A DNA stretch of 64,000 nucleotides from Syntrophorhabdaceae bacterium (lineage in GTDB: Bacteria; Desulfobacterota; Deferrimicrobia; Deferrimicrobiales; Deferrimicrobiaceae). A model generated the notes under the pieces. That model saw nothing but the letters and a program-made list of their open reading frames with translations, did no database searches and was not told the origin of the DNA. Made by a program: the position numbers and the translations under genes. Within the stretch, counting starts at the first letter, position 1. Each line of letters starts with the position of its first letter. This document shows positions 38,647-48,904 of the stretch, one piece after another. Where the stretch lies: positions 4,612 to 68,611 of the forward strand of contig WRHP01000002.1 in assembly GCA_009783195.1 (NCBI GenBank). The letters run 5' to 3'.

Positions 38647-39293
38647 TCGTGGGGAAAGCGCGTGTTCCTCTGCTTCTGCTTGCGGCCCTATCGGTTCTTT
38701 TGTCCGGATGTTTACCGTCCCGCACACTTCTTAAAGATTCCGAGGCGGCGCAGGCGCGGCTGTTTTTCGCCCGTATTGCGGAAGAGGCGGTTTTTCCGGT
38801 AACGGCTTCGTTTTCCGGGGTTGCGCGTCCGGAAGGGCGCGGGCCGATGCCTTTTCTTGCCGGCGTGAATGCCGCTTCTCCTGGTTCCGAGAAACTTGGG
38901 CTTTACGAACCCATGGGCGGCGCGGTTGCGTTTATATCAAATGACGGCAGTCTGATTTCTGTGATCCGAGGGCCGATGGCCGACCTTGCGGGGTTGGACA
39001 GGGACATCCGGATTGCGGCGGAATCCGTTTCGCTTGGACGCATCTTGTCGGGAGCGCCTGGGCACGAAGTTTCCGGGGGCGAGGTGGCGCTTGGCGACAA
39101 TGGCGGCTGGATCTTTACTGACGGGCGCCAGACGCTTTTTTCGGACCCTGGGCGCGGTTTTTTGGCAAAGGCGGAGTATCGGCTCGGGGGCGTGAAGGCA
39201 ACGGTTGAGTACCCGGACAGATCCTTGGCGCCGCCGCGTGTGATCTCTATAGCGGTTCGGGGAATGAATGTTTCGTTGCAGAGGGATCAGTAA
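38643..39293 (+). CDS. Hypothetical lipoprotein
   Basis: Lipobox VLLSGC after a hydrophobic leader. GTG 38643 overlaps the TPR gene TGA, suggesting translational coupling. I recognise no family with confidence. Confidence 0.6.
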   Translation: MIVGKARVPLLLLAALSVLLSGCLPSRTLLKDSEAAQARLFFARIAEEAVFPVTASFSGVARPEGRGPMPFLAGVNAASPGSEKLGLYEPMGGAVAFISNDGSLISVIRGPMADLAGLDRDIRIAAESVSLGRILSGAPGHEVSGGEVALGDNGGWIFTDGRQTLFSDPGRGFLAKAEYRLGGVKATVEYPDRSLAPPRVISIAVRGMNVSLQRDQ

Positions 39294-39294
39294 T

Positions 39295-40965
39295 TTGAGA
39301 AGGCGTTTATTCCGGCGGTTTGCGTTCCCGGTTCTGATTGCGGCGGCGTTTCTTGCGGTCGCGGCGGCGGGGTGCTTTGGTCCGGGCGGAAAATCAACGG
39401 AAGATGAGTCGTCGGCATTTTCCGATATCCCGGCTTACGGCGATTCGATCATCGAGGGAAGCATCGGCGACGTAAGCGGGTTCCTCTCCGCCGTTACCTC
39501 TGATTCCGCTTCCCACGCCGCCGCGGGGTATGTCTTTAACGGCCTGGTCCGGTATGACAAAAATATTGAGCTGACCGGCGATCTTGCCGAGTCCTGGAAA
39601 GTATCTCCGGACGGGAGAAAAATAGTCTTTCGCTTGCGCGCGGGGGTCAAGTGGCACGACGGCGCGCCGTTTACTTCTGAAGACGTGCTGTTTACCTACC
39701 GGAAGATGATCGACCCGAAGACCCCGACGGCGTACGGCGAAGACTTCAAACAGGTCACGAAAGCGTATGCTCCCGACCCGCTGACTTTCGTGGCGGAGTA
39801 CGACCGTCCGTATGCTCCCGCTTTGGCTTCCTGGGGAATGCACATTCTTCCCAAGCACCTTCTTGAACAGCATCCCGACATTTCCCGCAGCCCGTTGAAC
39901 AAAAAGCCGGTGGGGACCGGACCATACCGTTTCACAGACTGGAAAACCGGGGAAAAGACTGTTTTTGACGCAAGCCCGGATTACTGGGACGGGAAACCGT
40001 ACATCTCCCGCGTGGTGACGCGCGTCATTCCGGATCTGGCGACGATGTTTCTGGAGCTGAAATCCGGCGGGATAGATCTGATGAACCTGTCGCCGCTCCA
40101 GTACACAAGACAGACGGAAACGAAGCAGTTCAAGGAGTCGTTCAAAAAATACCGATACCTTTCTTCCGGTTACACATACCTTGGTTTCCGCTTGGACCAT
40201 CCTTTCTTTGCGGACCGAAAAGTTAGGCAGGCGATTGCTTACGCGACCAACAAAAAGGAAATCATAAACGGCGTATTCTTTGGGCTGGGGGAGGAAGCGA
40301 CTGGTCCCTACAAACCGGGAACCTGGGCGCACAACCCGAATGTCATGAGATATGAACATGACCCGGCCAAAGCGAAGGAACTGCTGGCTCAGGCCGGATG
40401 GGACCGCACAGACGCCACGGGAACTCTGATCAACAAAGAGGGAAAGCGGTTCGAGTTTACGGTGCTGACAAACGCCGGAAACAAGTCGCGCGAGCAGACC
40501 GTCGCGATTATCCAGCAGAACCTGGCGGCGGTCGGAATCCGCGTTGAGATCCGAACGGTGGAATGGGCGGCTTTTATCAACGAGTTTGTGAAGAAGCGCA
40601 ACTTTGACGCGCTGGTTTTGGGCTGGAACATTACGCCTGATCCGGACCAGTACGACATATGGCATTCGAGCAAGACCGCGCCGGATGAGCTGAACTACAT
40701 CGGTTACGTTAACGCCGAGGTGGATCAACTCCTCGAAAATGGAAGGCGGACGTTTGACAAGGAGCGGCGCAAGAAAGCGTATTTCCGGATACAGGAGATC
40801 CTGGCGGAGGATCAGCCGCTTGTGTTTCTCTACTACCCGGACGCGCTGCCGGTAGTGCACAAGCGTATCCGAGGTATCGAGCCCGCTCCGGCCGGTATCT
40901 CGCATAACTATGTGAAGTGGTATGTTCCCGCGGAGCAGCAGAGGTACAAATCGTTCCAGCGGTAG
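39295..40965 (+). CDS. ABC transporter substrate-binding lipoprotein, peptide/nickel (family 5, OppA/DppA-like)
   Basis: Lipobox AVAAAGC, and family-5 SBP motifs (GLVRYD.N.EL.GDLAESW.VS.DG....F.LR.GVKWHDG.PFT..DV.F). TTG 39295 lies just after the upstream stop; ATG 39268 is an alternative. Confidence 0.88.
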   Translation: MRRRLFRRFAFPVLIAAAFLAVAAAGCFGPGGKSTEDESSAFSDIPAYGDSIIEGSIGDVSGFLSAVTSDSASHAAAGYVFNGLVRYDKNIELTGDLAESWKVSPDGRKIVFRLRAGVKWHDGAPFTSEDVLFTYRKMIDPKTPTAYGEDFKQVTKAYAPDPLTFVAEYDRPYAPALASWGMHILPKHLLEQHPDISRSPLNKKPVGTGPYRFTDWKTGEKTVFDASPDYWDGKPYISRVVTRVIPDLATMFLELKSGGIDLMNLSPLQYTRQTETKQFKESFKKYRYLSSGYTYLGFRLDHPFFADRKVRQAIAYATNKKEIINGVFFGLGEEATGPYKPGTWAHNPNVMRYEHDPAKAKELLAQAGWDRTDATGTLINKEGKRFEFTVLTNAGNKSREQTVAIIQQNLAAVGIRVEIRTVEWAAFINEFVKKRNFDALVLGWNITPDPDQYDIWHSSKTAPDELNYIGYVNAEVDQLLENGRRTFDKERRKKAYFRIQEILAEDQPLVFLYYPDALPVVHKRIRGIEPAPAGISHNYVKWYVPAEQQRYKSFQR

Positions 40966-40972
40966 GAGAAAG

Positions 40973-41956
40973 ATGGGCCGGTACGTTCTACGCAGGATTC
41001 TTGTCTCTATCCCGCTTCTGATCGGGATCAGTATCATCACATTTGTCGTGATCAATATGGCGCCTGGCGGTCCGATCGGCGTGGCTTCCGACATGAACCC
41101 AAAAGCCACGGCGGAGTACCGTGAGCGGCTGAAAGCTTATTACGGACTCGACCAGCCGGTCCATGTCCGTTACATCCGCTGGCTTGGCCGGATGGCGGTG
41201 CTGGATTTTGGCGATAGCTTTTCTCTCGATGGCAGGAAGGTGTGGGACAAGATCAAGGAACGGATTCCGGTTACCCTGTTGATAAACGCGCTGTCGATGT
41301 CGTTGATCTTTTTGATAGCGGTTCCGATCGGGATCTATTCGGCGGTGCGTAAAGGGTCTGTTTTTGACCGGATCTCCACCGTGGCTGTTTTCACAGGTTT
41401 TGCCATTCCAACATTTTGGCTTGCCCTGCTTCTGATGATTCTGTTCGGGGTGCATTTGGGATGGCTGCCGATCTCAGGTCTTGTATCTTTGGAATACGAT
41501 GCCCTGTCGCTTCCTTTGAAGATTCTGGATAGGGCGGGGCATCTTGTCCTGCCGGTTTTTCTGGCTGCGTTCGGAGGGTTGGCCGGGATCTCGCGGTACA
41601 TGCGTTCGAACATGCTGGAGGTGATACGGCAGGATTACATCATGACTGCGCGCGCCAAAGGGTTGCCGGAAAAAGTTGTAGTGCGACGCCACGCGGTGCG
41701 TAATGCGCTTTTGCCTGTTATCACCATCTTCGGACTGTCGATTCCCGGCTTGCTGGGCGGGTCGGTGATATTCGAGACGATCTTTGCGATTCCGGGAATG
41801 GGGCAGCTTTTCTACCAGGGAGTCATGTCGCGCGACTACCCGCTCATCATGGGAATCCTTACGATAGGCGCTTTTCTTACGCTTTTGGGAAACATCCTTG
41901 CGGATGTGGGCTATGCCGTGGCGGACCCGCGAATCAATACGGAGCGCGCCGGATGA
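40973..41956 (+). CDS. ABC transporter permease (OppB/DppB-like)
   Basis: [34 protein letters not shown] is the N-terminal signature. The EAA loop is [20 protein letters not shown]. Confidence 0.92.
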   Translation: MGRYVLRRILVSIPLLIGISIITFVVINMAPGGPIGVASDMNPKATAEYRERLKAYYGLDQPVHVRYIRWLGRMAVLDFGDSFSLDGRKVWDKIKERIPVTLLINALSMSLIFLIAVPIGIYSAVRKGSVFDRISTVAVFTGFAIPTFWLALLLMILFGVHLGWLPISGLVSLEYDALSLPLKILDRAGHLVLPVFLAAFGGLAGISRYMRSNMLEVIRQDYIMTARAKGLPEKVVVRRHAVRNALLPVITIFGLSIPGLLGGSVIFETIFAIPGMGQLFYQGVMSRDYPLIMGILTIGAFLTLLGNILADVGYAVADPRINTERAG

Positions 41957-42804
41957 GCGGTCAATCGATGTTTGCGGACACGCTGCGGCGGTTGTCCCGA
42001 AATCCGCTTGCGGTTGCGGGCGCGGTGGTCATCCTGTTCTTTTTGGTCATGGCGTTGTTTCCAAAGTGTTTCTCGGAGCACGACCCCAACAGGATAAACA
42101 TTCTGCGTATCCTTGATCCTCCGTCCGCGCGGCACCTGCTGGGTACGGATGATTTGGGGCGGGACGTGCTGGCGCGGATGGTGTACGGCGCAAGGATCTC
42201 GCTTTCCGTAGGCTTTGTGGCGGAGAGCATTGCCATTGGCATTGGGTTGATAGTGGGGCTTTTGGCCGGGTATTACGGCGGGCGCGCGGACGCGGTGTTG
42301 ATGCGGTTTGTGGACATCATGCTTTGTTTTCCGTCGTTCTTCCTGATCCTGTCTGTAGTTGCTTTTATCGGTCCTTCCATCTGGAACATCATGATTATCA
42401 TCGGGATCACCGGGTGGATGGGCGTGGCCCGCCTGGTGCGGGCCGAGACGCTGTCGCTCAAGGAGCGTGATTTTGTTGTGGCCGCAAGGGCGCAAGGGGC
42501 GGGGGCCGCGCGGATAATGTTTCGCCACATACTGCCAAACACGCTGGCTCCGATCCTGGTGGCGGCAACGCTTGGGGTGGCGGGAGCGATTCTTGTCGAA
42601 TCGTCCCTTTCATTCCTTGGAATAGGGGTTCAGCCGCCGACGCCGTCGTGGGGGAACATCCTGACCGCCGGCAAAGACAATATAGAGTTTGCGTGGTGGC
42701 TGTCGCTGTTTCCGGGACTTGCGATCTTTGTGACGGTGCTTGGGTACAACCTTTTGGGCGAAGGTATCCGCGACGCCGTGGACCCTCGGCTAAAAGGGCG
42801 ATGA
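41953..42804 (+). CDS. ABC transporter permease (OppC/DppC-like)
   Basis: [24 protein letters not shown] and [20 protein letters not shown] motifs. ATGA overlap with the upstream gene. Confidence 0.92.
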   Translation: MSGQSMFADTLRRLSRNPLAVAGAVVILFFLVMALFPKCFSEHDPNRINILRILDPPSARHLLGTDDLGRDVLARMVYGARISLSVGFVAESIAIGIGLIVGLLAGYYGGRADAVLMRFVDIMLCFPSFFLILSVVAFIGPSIWNIMIIIGITGWMGVARLVRAETLSLKERDFVVAARAQGAGAARIMFRHILPNTLAPILVAATLGVAGAILVESSLSFLGIGVQPPTPSWGNILTAGKDNIEFAWWLSLFPGLAIFVTVLGYNLLGEGIRDAVDPRLKGR

Positions 42805-43898
42805 GAGCGGGCGGGAATAAAATGCCGGATAAGGATGCGCTTGTGAAACATATTCCCGGAGAGGAAACGCAGCGGTTGCTCACGGTGGAAGATTTAAGCG
42901 TCTCCTTTGATACGGAGAAAGGGAGCGTGCGCGCGCTGTTTGGCGTTTCTTTCTCGATGGACGCGGGGGAAACGATTGGGCTGGTTGGGGAATCCGGCTG
43001 CGGCAAGACGATTACGGCCCTTTCGGTAATGCGGCTGCTTGCGTCTCCGCCGGCGAAGATGGATGGCGGGCGGATTCTTTTCAAAGGGCGCGACCTGTTT
43101 GCGCTGCCGGAGAAGCGGATGTGCGAAGTGCGCGGCCAGGAAATCTCCATGATTTTCCAGGAACCGATGACTTCCATGAATCCGGTGCTTACGGTAGGGG
43201 AGCAGGTGGCCGAGGTTTTCACGGCTCACGGCATTTGCGGGAAGAAGGAGGCGGCTGAGCGGGCGGTCGAATGGCTGCGAAAAGTGCAGATGCCCGATCC
43301 GGAACGCAGAGCGAAAGAATATCCCCATCAGATGAGCGGCGGCATGCGGCAGCGGGCAATGATCGCGATGGCGCTGGCGCTTTCCCCGTCGCTTTTGATC
43401 GCGGACGAGCCTACGACAGCGCTTGATGTGACGATCCAGGCGCAGATCATGGCGCTTTTGCGGGAAATGCGCGAACGGGAGCGGATGGCGGTGCTGCTCA
43501 TCACTCACGACCTGGGTGTTGTTCACGATTTCGCGGACCGGACGGCCATCATGTACCTTGGGCGGATCGTAGAGATGGCGCCCACGCGGGAACTGTTTGC
43601 CGGCCCGATCCACCCATATACGCAAGGGTTGCTCGCCTCGTTGCCTGGCGCGAGCCAGACAAGCCGGGTGCTGCCGTCGATCCCCGGAACGGTGCCGGAC
43701 CTTGCGAACGTTCCGCCGGGGTGTCCCTTCTCGCCACGCTGTCAGCATCGCCAGGCGGCGATGAAGCGCTTTCTTTCAGGAGAGACTTCGACAGACGAAC
43801 TGCGGGATTGCGACCGGGAAGATCCTCCCGCGTTTGAATTTTCGCCGGGTCATCTGGCTGCCTGCCACTATCAGCGTAGAGTTTGCGGGGAAAGCTGA
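42801..43898 (+). CDS. ABC transporter ATP-binding protein (OppD/DppD-like)
   Basis: Walker A GESGCGKT, signature [12 protein letters not shown], Walker [13 protein letters not shown], and an oligopeptide-type C-terminal domain ([18 protein letters not shown]). ATGA overlap start at 42801; ATG 42822 is an alternative. Confidence 0.92.
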   Translation: MRAGGNKMPDKDALVKHIPGEETQRLLTVEDLSVSFDTEKGSVRALFGVSFSMDAGETIGLVGESGCGKTITALSVMRLLASPPAKMDGGRILFKGRDLFALPEKRMCEVRGQEISMIFQEPMTSMNPVLTVGEQVAEVFTAHGICGKKEAAERAVEWLRKVQMPDPERRAKEYPHQMSGGMRQRAMIAMALALSPSLLIADEPTTALDVTIQAQIMALLREMRERERMAVLLITHDLGVVHDFADRTAIMYLGRIVEMAPTRELFAGPIHPYTQGLLASLPGASQTSRVLPSIPGTVPDLANVPPGCPFSPRCQHRQAAMKRFLSGETSTDELRDCDREDPPAFEFSPGHLAACHYQRRVCGES

Positions 43899-44890
43899 TG
43901 AGCGGGAACGCTGTTTATCGCCCAGACGCGAACGAGGCGCTGCTTACGCTGGTCAATGTTTATAAAACATTTCCTGTGCGCGCCTCCTTTTTTTCAGCGG
44001 AGGAGGTTCGCGTACGCGCCGTTGACGGAGTTTCTCTGTCGCTTCAGCCGGGAAAAACGCTGGGGCTGGTCGGCGAGTCCGGCTGCGGCAAAAGCACTAT
44101 GGGGAAGCTTGCGATCCGGCTTCTTGATCCGGACTCGGGAACCATTCGGTTTGAAGGAAAGGACATGGCGCGGCTTGCGGGCGAAGAGTTGCGCGGCATG
44201 CGCCGCAGGATGCAGATCATTTTCCAGGACCCGTACTCCTCCCTTAATCCCCGGATGAAGGTGCAAGATATCGTGGGGGAAGGCTGGTTCGTCCACGGAT
44301 TGGCTCGCGGGCGGGAGCTGCGGGATAAGGCAGCCTTGCTGTTGGAGCGCGTGGGGCTGACGGCGGAGGCGCGCAATAAATATCCGCACGAATTTTCAGG
44401 CGGGCAGAGGCAGCGGATCGGCATCGCCAGGGCGATAGCGCTATCCCCCAGGCTCATAGTGGCCGATGAGCCGGTCTCGGCGCTTGATGTCTCCGTGCAG
44501 GCCCAGATACTTAATCTGCTGAAAGGTTTGCAGGAAGAGTATGGGATGGCATACCTGTTTGTCTCGCACGATCTGCGCGTTATACGGCACGTAAGCGACC
44601 ATGTGGCGGTGATGTATTCAGGAAAGGTAATGGAGCTTGGGCCGTCGGAAGAACTCTTTAGCCGGCCATCGCATCCCTATACGCGCAGCCTTTTGTCGGC
44701 GGCCCCGATGCTTGGCGGCGCGCCTGCGGAACATATAGTTTTGTCCGGCGATATACCGAGTCCGGTTGCTCCTCCGCCGGGCTGCCGGTTCCATACGCGT
44801 TGCTTCAGGGCGCGTAAATTTTGCTCCGAGTGTTCCCCGCTTCTGCGGGAGGTTGCGCCGGGCCGATTTGCCGCTTGTCACTTCGTTTGA
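43898..44890 (+). CDS. ABC transporter ATP-binding protein (OppF/DppF-like)
   Basis: Walker A GESGCGKST, signature FSGGQRQRIGIARA, Walker B LIVADEPVSALD, and C-terminal HPYTRSLL..PPGCRFHTRC. Confidence 0.92.
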   Translation: MSGNAVYRPDANEALLTLVNVYKTFPVRASFFSAEEVRVRAVDGVSLSLQPGKTLGLVGESGCGKSTMGKLAIRLLDPDSGTIRFEGKDMARLAGEELRGMRRRMQIIFQDPYSSLNPRMKVQDIVGEGWFVHGLARGRELRDKAALLLERVGLTAEARNKYPHEFSGGQRQRIGIARAIALSPRLIVADEPVSALDVSVQAQILNLLKGLQEEYGMAYLFVSHDLRVIRHVSDHVAVMYSGKVMELGPSEELFSRPSHPYTRSLLSAAPMLGGAPAEHIVLSGDIPSPVAPPPGCRFHTRCFRARKFCSECSPLLREVAPGRFAACHFV

Positions 44891-45088
44891 CCGGGAAGAG
44901 CCGGGGCATTTTCTTGAAGATGGGAAATGGCGGTGTTAAACTTACAAAAATATTTAAAGAAACCAGTTTGACCGCGGGCCAAAGCTTGCCGACTTCATTG
45001 GCCATGCCGCTTGTTCATATGTGCCTTAAGCGGTTTGCTATCGGCCTTTGGCTTGATCTGTGAGTCAGGCTTACATGGAGGACTGATT

Positions 45089-46027
45089 ATGAAAAACGGA
45101 TTTGGCAAGGCGGTATTTTTTGCGGTACTCATGGTTGTTTTATTGCCGTATAGCCTCCACGCGGCATGTGATTTCTTTTTGCAAGAACCAATAGTATTTG
45201 CTGATAACACTATACGGATAGGTGATGCCAAGGTAATGCCGTTTGGCAGGACTATGCAAGGGTGTTTATCTAAAAATAAATTATCGGGTTTGTCTGACAT
45301 AGTAATTTACGATCGAAGGCCAGGCGACAGGACTGTACATTATTTTATGTCAGGAGAAGATGGAGAAAGAATAAGAACGAAAACCTGTAGCGAGTATTTG
45401 GCTGCATTGAAAAAGGGAATGACTACAAAAACAGAAAGAGATGAGAGATTAGCTATATCATATCGCAGGATTTGTGGAGTGCTGAATACGTTACCGAAAT
45501 CAGTTCCTTTTAAGCAGGATTATATTAGTTCCAAAAAGAATATTTCTCCTGAAGCGTTGCCGGTGTTTCTCCTTGTCGCGGCCACACCTGTTGGAGAAGG
45601 GGCTTCATACGAAAAGCTGGTTGCCGACAGCGAAAAAGAGGTGAGTTTCGCGGATTATTTGAAGGACAAAGAAAATGTTCTCAGTAGAGTAGAGAAAATA
45701 AAGGATAACCTTGAAAATACATATCTTGAGACCTGGTACGGAGATTCCGAAGAAGATGGAAACGGTTTTTGGTATGAGATGGAGCTTATAGCAAAAGGTG
45801 ATTTTAATAAAGATGGTTATGCGGATTTTTTAGTTCACACGGTCAAGATAGCCAATAAAGGCGCATGGTTTGAATCGGACTATATTCTTCTGACTTCAAA
45901 AAGCAAATCAAGCAAGCTGTACGATGTCTATGGTAGTGACTTCAGTTGTGTGTATAAAGACAAAGCTTATTCTTGCAGTGATGCCTCAAAAGGCAAACCG
46001 TTGGCATCATGGAGCGCCTTCGAATAG
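45089..46027 (+). CDS. Hypothetical secreted protein (low-GC gene)
   Basis: GGAGGA SD and signal peptide MKNGFGKAVFFAVLMVVLLPYSLHA. A DFNKDGYADFLV motif resembles an FG-GAP/Ca-binding loop. AT-rich codon usage unlike the flanking genes. I recognise no family. Confidence 0.6.
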   Translation: MKNGFGKAVFFAVLMVVLLPYSLHAACDFFLQEPIVFADNTIRIGDAKVMPFGRTMQGCLSKNKLSGLSDIVIYDRRPGDRTVHYFMSGEDGERIRTKTCSEYLAALKKGMTTKTERDERLAISYRRICGVLNTLPKSVPFKQDYISSKKNISPEALPVFLLVAATPVGEGASYEKLVADSEKEVSFADYLKDKENVLSRVEKIKDNLENTYLETWYGDSEEDGNGFWYEMELIAKGDFNKDGYADFLVHTVKIANKGAWFESDYILLTSKSKSSKLYDVYGSDFSCVYKDKAYSCSDASKGKPLASWSAFE

Positions 46028-46030
46028 CGC

Positions 46031-46550
46031 GGCTTCCTGCTGACCATCAAAGGCGGCTTCTTTCGTACAAGCCCCTCTCCGTCGGGAACGCTTACACGCG
46101 TAGCGTACTCGCTATCGCTTCGTGCCATCTCCTTTCAGGGCCGTCTTGGTCGCCATTCCCTGGCTCCCGGTGGCTGCAGACTCCTTAGTGAACGGCATCC
46201 CTTGCCTTCCGCTTCGGAGTCTACGCTCCTGGAAGGCAGAGGCGCTGCGCGATAACGCTCGCCCTCTGTCCGTCATTATCCATCACGCGACACGATCATC
46301 GCAGGGCGGCTTCTTTCGCTCGAAACCCTCTCCCTCGGGTACGCTCGCTCGCCATCCTTGGCTCGCATCGCTGTCCTGTTTCTTGTTTCGCCGTCCATGG
46401 CTACACGGCGAAACAGAAGACATACCCTGCGAGAGAGGTTTCTCGCTCAAACGAAGCCGACCGGATGGTTAGAGCATCCATGCCAAGCCGCACGGCCCTG
46501 TTTCTTGGCGAAGCCGTCCTTGGCTGTGCGGCGAAACAGAAGGCACCCTG
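46031..46550. repeat. Cluster 2 of the same imperfect-palindromic repeat family (about three units)
   Basis: 46108-46300 is collinear with 33107-33300 (diverged, with indels). 46308-46545 matches 33629-33865 with about 8 substitutions and no indels by eye. The clusters have the same orientation. Confidence 0.85.
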
Positions 46551-46743
46551 TCGTTGGGCGTTATTCCTGTCCGTTACCGCTCATCACAAGAAAAAATCGC
46601 CATCTTGTATTAGAAGCGTGAGACGGTATTATGCACTGCATTGGCCGTGTCGCCTGTTTTTGTGGTTTATAGTGCTCGACAGGTGGTTTGTTATTGGTAA
46701 GCATCTCGTCATGGGTGATTAAGGGCTGCGGAAAGGAAATGGC

Positions 46744-47205
46744 ATGGAGAATGGCAATAAGGATGAACCTGTTAAATTGTGGAGTTCATTTAGGGATAGT
46801 ATTAGTTATGAGCGTTCTCCAATTTTTTGTACGGTTGTTTCATTGTTATTGGTAAACCTTATTCCTTTGTTGTCTTTTCTTGTATTTGATCAAGATATGT
46901 TTTTTGTTTTGGCAGCGCTTTTTCAATTTGTTGCATTCATGATTACAGGTGTAGTTATAGGTTATTGGGTAGAATGCATTCCTGTTTTGAGTTATTGTAT
47001 AGTTGCATTTGTCACGCATGGTAGAAGGGTGATTGACTTGTTTAGCGGAAAAGATGTTGTGTGTTGGTCTGTTGAATTTTATGTTGCGATAGTAATGATT
47101 TTGTTGTGCTATTTGTTGTTGGTTGTTTTTACTTATGTTGGATTGATGTTTAAGAAAAACAGGTTAGCTAAAACCGCTAAAAATGAGAGCGGGAGTACAT
47201 ACTGA
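46744..47205 (+). CDS. Hypothetical polytopic membrane protein (low-GC gene)
   Basis: 153-aa ORF with about four hydrophobic helices. Very AT-rich. Its stop TGA (47203-47205) is immediately followed by the next ATG (47206). Confidence 0.5.
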   Translation: MENGNKDEPVKLWSSFRDSISYERSPIFCTVVSLLLVNLIPLLSFLVFDQDMFFVLAALFQFVAFMITGVVIGYWVECIPVLSYCIVAFVTHGRRVIDLFSGKDVVCWSVEFYVAIVMILLCYLLLVVFTYVGLMFKKNRLAKTAKNESGSTY

Positions 47206-47553
47206 ATGGTCGTATTTTTGATAATAATAGGCGCCTTGTTTTTTATTATGGGGAAGGTGTCCGGGCTGATCGCGGTTTTATGGGGGTCCCGCTTTCAGTT
47301 TTATCTGTGCCGCAAGCATGAGGAAATTTTCAACAGACTGGCGGTTTCGAGTATGGATTCCGCAAATCCGGAAAGCCGTTCCATAAGCTCGGCAAGCTTG
47401 TGGAGATACATCAAGAGTGCGGAGGACGACGGCATTTCGGAGATATTTCAATATAAGAAGAAAATCAAGAGATATTTCATCATGTTCGCGGTGTTTTCCA
47501 TGATCGGAATCTCATCGTTTTTGGCCGCGGTCGTTGTTTTGATCGTTTTTTAA
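47206..47553 (+). CDS. Hypothetical membrane protein (low-GC gene)
   Basis: 115-aa ORF with N- and C-terminal hydrophobic helices flanking a charged loop. Tightly coupled to the upstream ORF. Confidence 0.5.
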   Translation: MVVFLIIIGALFFIMGKVSGLIAVLWGSRFQFYLCRKHEEIFNRLAVSSMDSANPESRSISSASLWRYIKSAEDDGISEIFQYKKKIKRYFIMFAVFSMIGISSFLAAVVVLIVF

Positions 47554-47573
47554 GAAACCGGAAAAGGAGGAGG

Positions 47574-47602
47574 TTGACATAGTTCAATTAGTGTTGAATA
47601 AT
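47574..47602 (+). promoter_or_regulatory. Candidate promoter with an embedded inverted repeat upstream of arsR-arsM
   Basis: TTGACA (47574-47579), a 17-nt spacer, then AATAAT (47597-47602). TTCAA-N6-TTGAA (47583-47598) lies in the spacer. The ATG at 47609 is 7 nt after the -10 and has no SD, which implies a leaderless transcript. Confidence 0.4.
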
Positions 47603-47608
47603 TAAGCA

Positions 47609-48859
47609 ATGGAGACAAGGACAGCAACCGTTGTTTTTGAAGCCCTGACTTCCGATGTCCGGCTTTCCATCTTTCGATTGTTGGTCAAATATGCGCCGAA
47701 TGGTCTGGTTGCCGGGGAGATTGCCCGGATGCTGGACATACCCAAGACCAATCTTTCCTTCCATCTGAAAGCAATTGTCTACAGCGGGCTTGCCGCAATG
47801 GCGCGGGAGGGCCGCAATACGCGGTACAAGGCCAATATTTCCCTGATGCGGGAAATCGTTACTTATTTGACGGCTGAATGTTGTTCCGGAAAGCCTGAAC
47901 AGCTCCGGGAATGCCAGACGGAAAACGGGATTGCGCCGGAGTTTTCATCTGCCTGCCGCGAAAATGAAAAACATAACCTGGAGGAGATCGTCATGAGCGC
48001 GTCGGACAAAGACAGATCAAGCGAAAAGGTCAGGGAAACCGTTCGCGCCGGATACGCGGCCATTGCCACGGGGCAGCGTTCCGGTTGCTGTTCCAATTCC
48101 AGTTGTTGCTCCAGTCCGCGCAGCGGCCACGTTGACCCTTCCCGGTTGGCGGCGTCTGTGGGTTATGACGCGGAAAGCCTTGCCAGAATTCCTGACGGCG
48201 CGAACATGGGGCTTTCCTGCGGCAATCCCGTTGCCGTTGCGGCTCTGCGGGAAGGCCAGATCGTGCTTGATCTTGGCAGCGGCGGCGGGTTTGACGCGTT
48301 TCAGGCAGGAGAAAAGGTAAAAGCCTCCGGGCGGGTTATCGGTGTGGATATGACCACTGAAATGATTGCCAAGGCTCGCAAGAACATCGAGCAGTACCAA
48401 CAGCGCGCAGGTTTGGACAACGTGGAGTTTCGTCTTGGCGAGATAGAACATCTTCCCGTATCTGATTCCAGTGTGGATGTCGTGCTTTCCAACTGCGTCA
48501 TCAACCTTTCTCCGGACAAGCCACAGGTTTGGCGTGAAATTTTCCGTGTTCTCAAACCAGGCGGCAAGGTGTCTGTTTCAGATCTGGCGCTGCTGCGGCA
48601 GCTTCCTGATGGCGTTCATGAAATGGCGTCGGCTCTGGTCGGCTGTGTGGCCGGGGCGGTTCTGGTGGAGGAAACCAGGGCAATGCTGGAAAATGCCGGT
48701 TTTACGTCCATCGTATTGACTCCAAAGCCGGACTACACGCGGAACATGCAGGAGTGGGACGATCCTTTGTATAAAGAAATTGCCGAAAAACTGCCGGAAA
48801 ACGAAGAAATGGCGGATTACGTCGTCAGTCTTAACATAGAAGCCGTAAAAAAACAGTAA
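47609..48859 (+). CDS. arsM: ArsR-family HTH regulator fused in one ORF to arsenite S-adenosylmethionine methyltransferase (ArsM)
   Basis: Residues 1-100 are SmtB/ArsR wHTH ([16 protein letters not shown]......[22 protein letters not shown]....REGRNTRYK) with a C-terminal CC-x8-C cluster. Residues 129-416 are ArsM ([15 protein letters not shown], the SAM motif [24 protein letters not shown]). There is no stop codon between the two halves. Confidence 0.85.
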   Translation: METRTATVVFEALTSDVRLSIFRLLVKYAPNGLVAGEIARMLDIPKTNLSFHLKAIVYSGLAAMAREGRNTRYKANISLMREIVTYLTAECCSGKPEQLRECQTENGIAPEFSSACRENEKHNLEEIVMSASDKDRSSEKVRETVRAGYAAIATGQRSGCCSNSSCCSSPRSGHVDPSRLAASVGYDAESLARIPDGANMGLSCGNPVAVAALREGQIVLDLGSGGGFDAFQAGEKVKASGRVIGVDMTTEMIAKARKNIEQYQQRAGLDNVEFRLGEIEHLPVSDSSVDVVLSNCVINLSPDKPQVWREIFRVLKPGGKVSVSDLALLRQLPDGVHEMASALVGCVAGAVLVEETRAMLENAGFTSIVLTPKPDYTRNMQEWDDPLYKEIAEKLPENEEMADYVVSLNIEAVKKQ

Positions 48860-48904
48860 AACAGCCGTAAGCAACGCGGAAACCAGGAGGGCCGATAACC
48901 AGGC

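Noticed and set aside
39394-41109. 571-aa ORF on the - strand
   Set aside because: It is antisense to the family-5 substrate-binding protein and the first permease. It is Arg/Pro/His-rich with no motifs, a GC-driven spurious ORF.
46122-46722. ORFs of 116, 87 and 85 aa across repeat cluster 2
   Set aside because: For the same reason as above, these are translations of the repeat DNA rather than genes.
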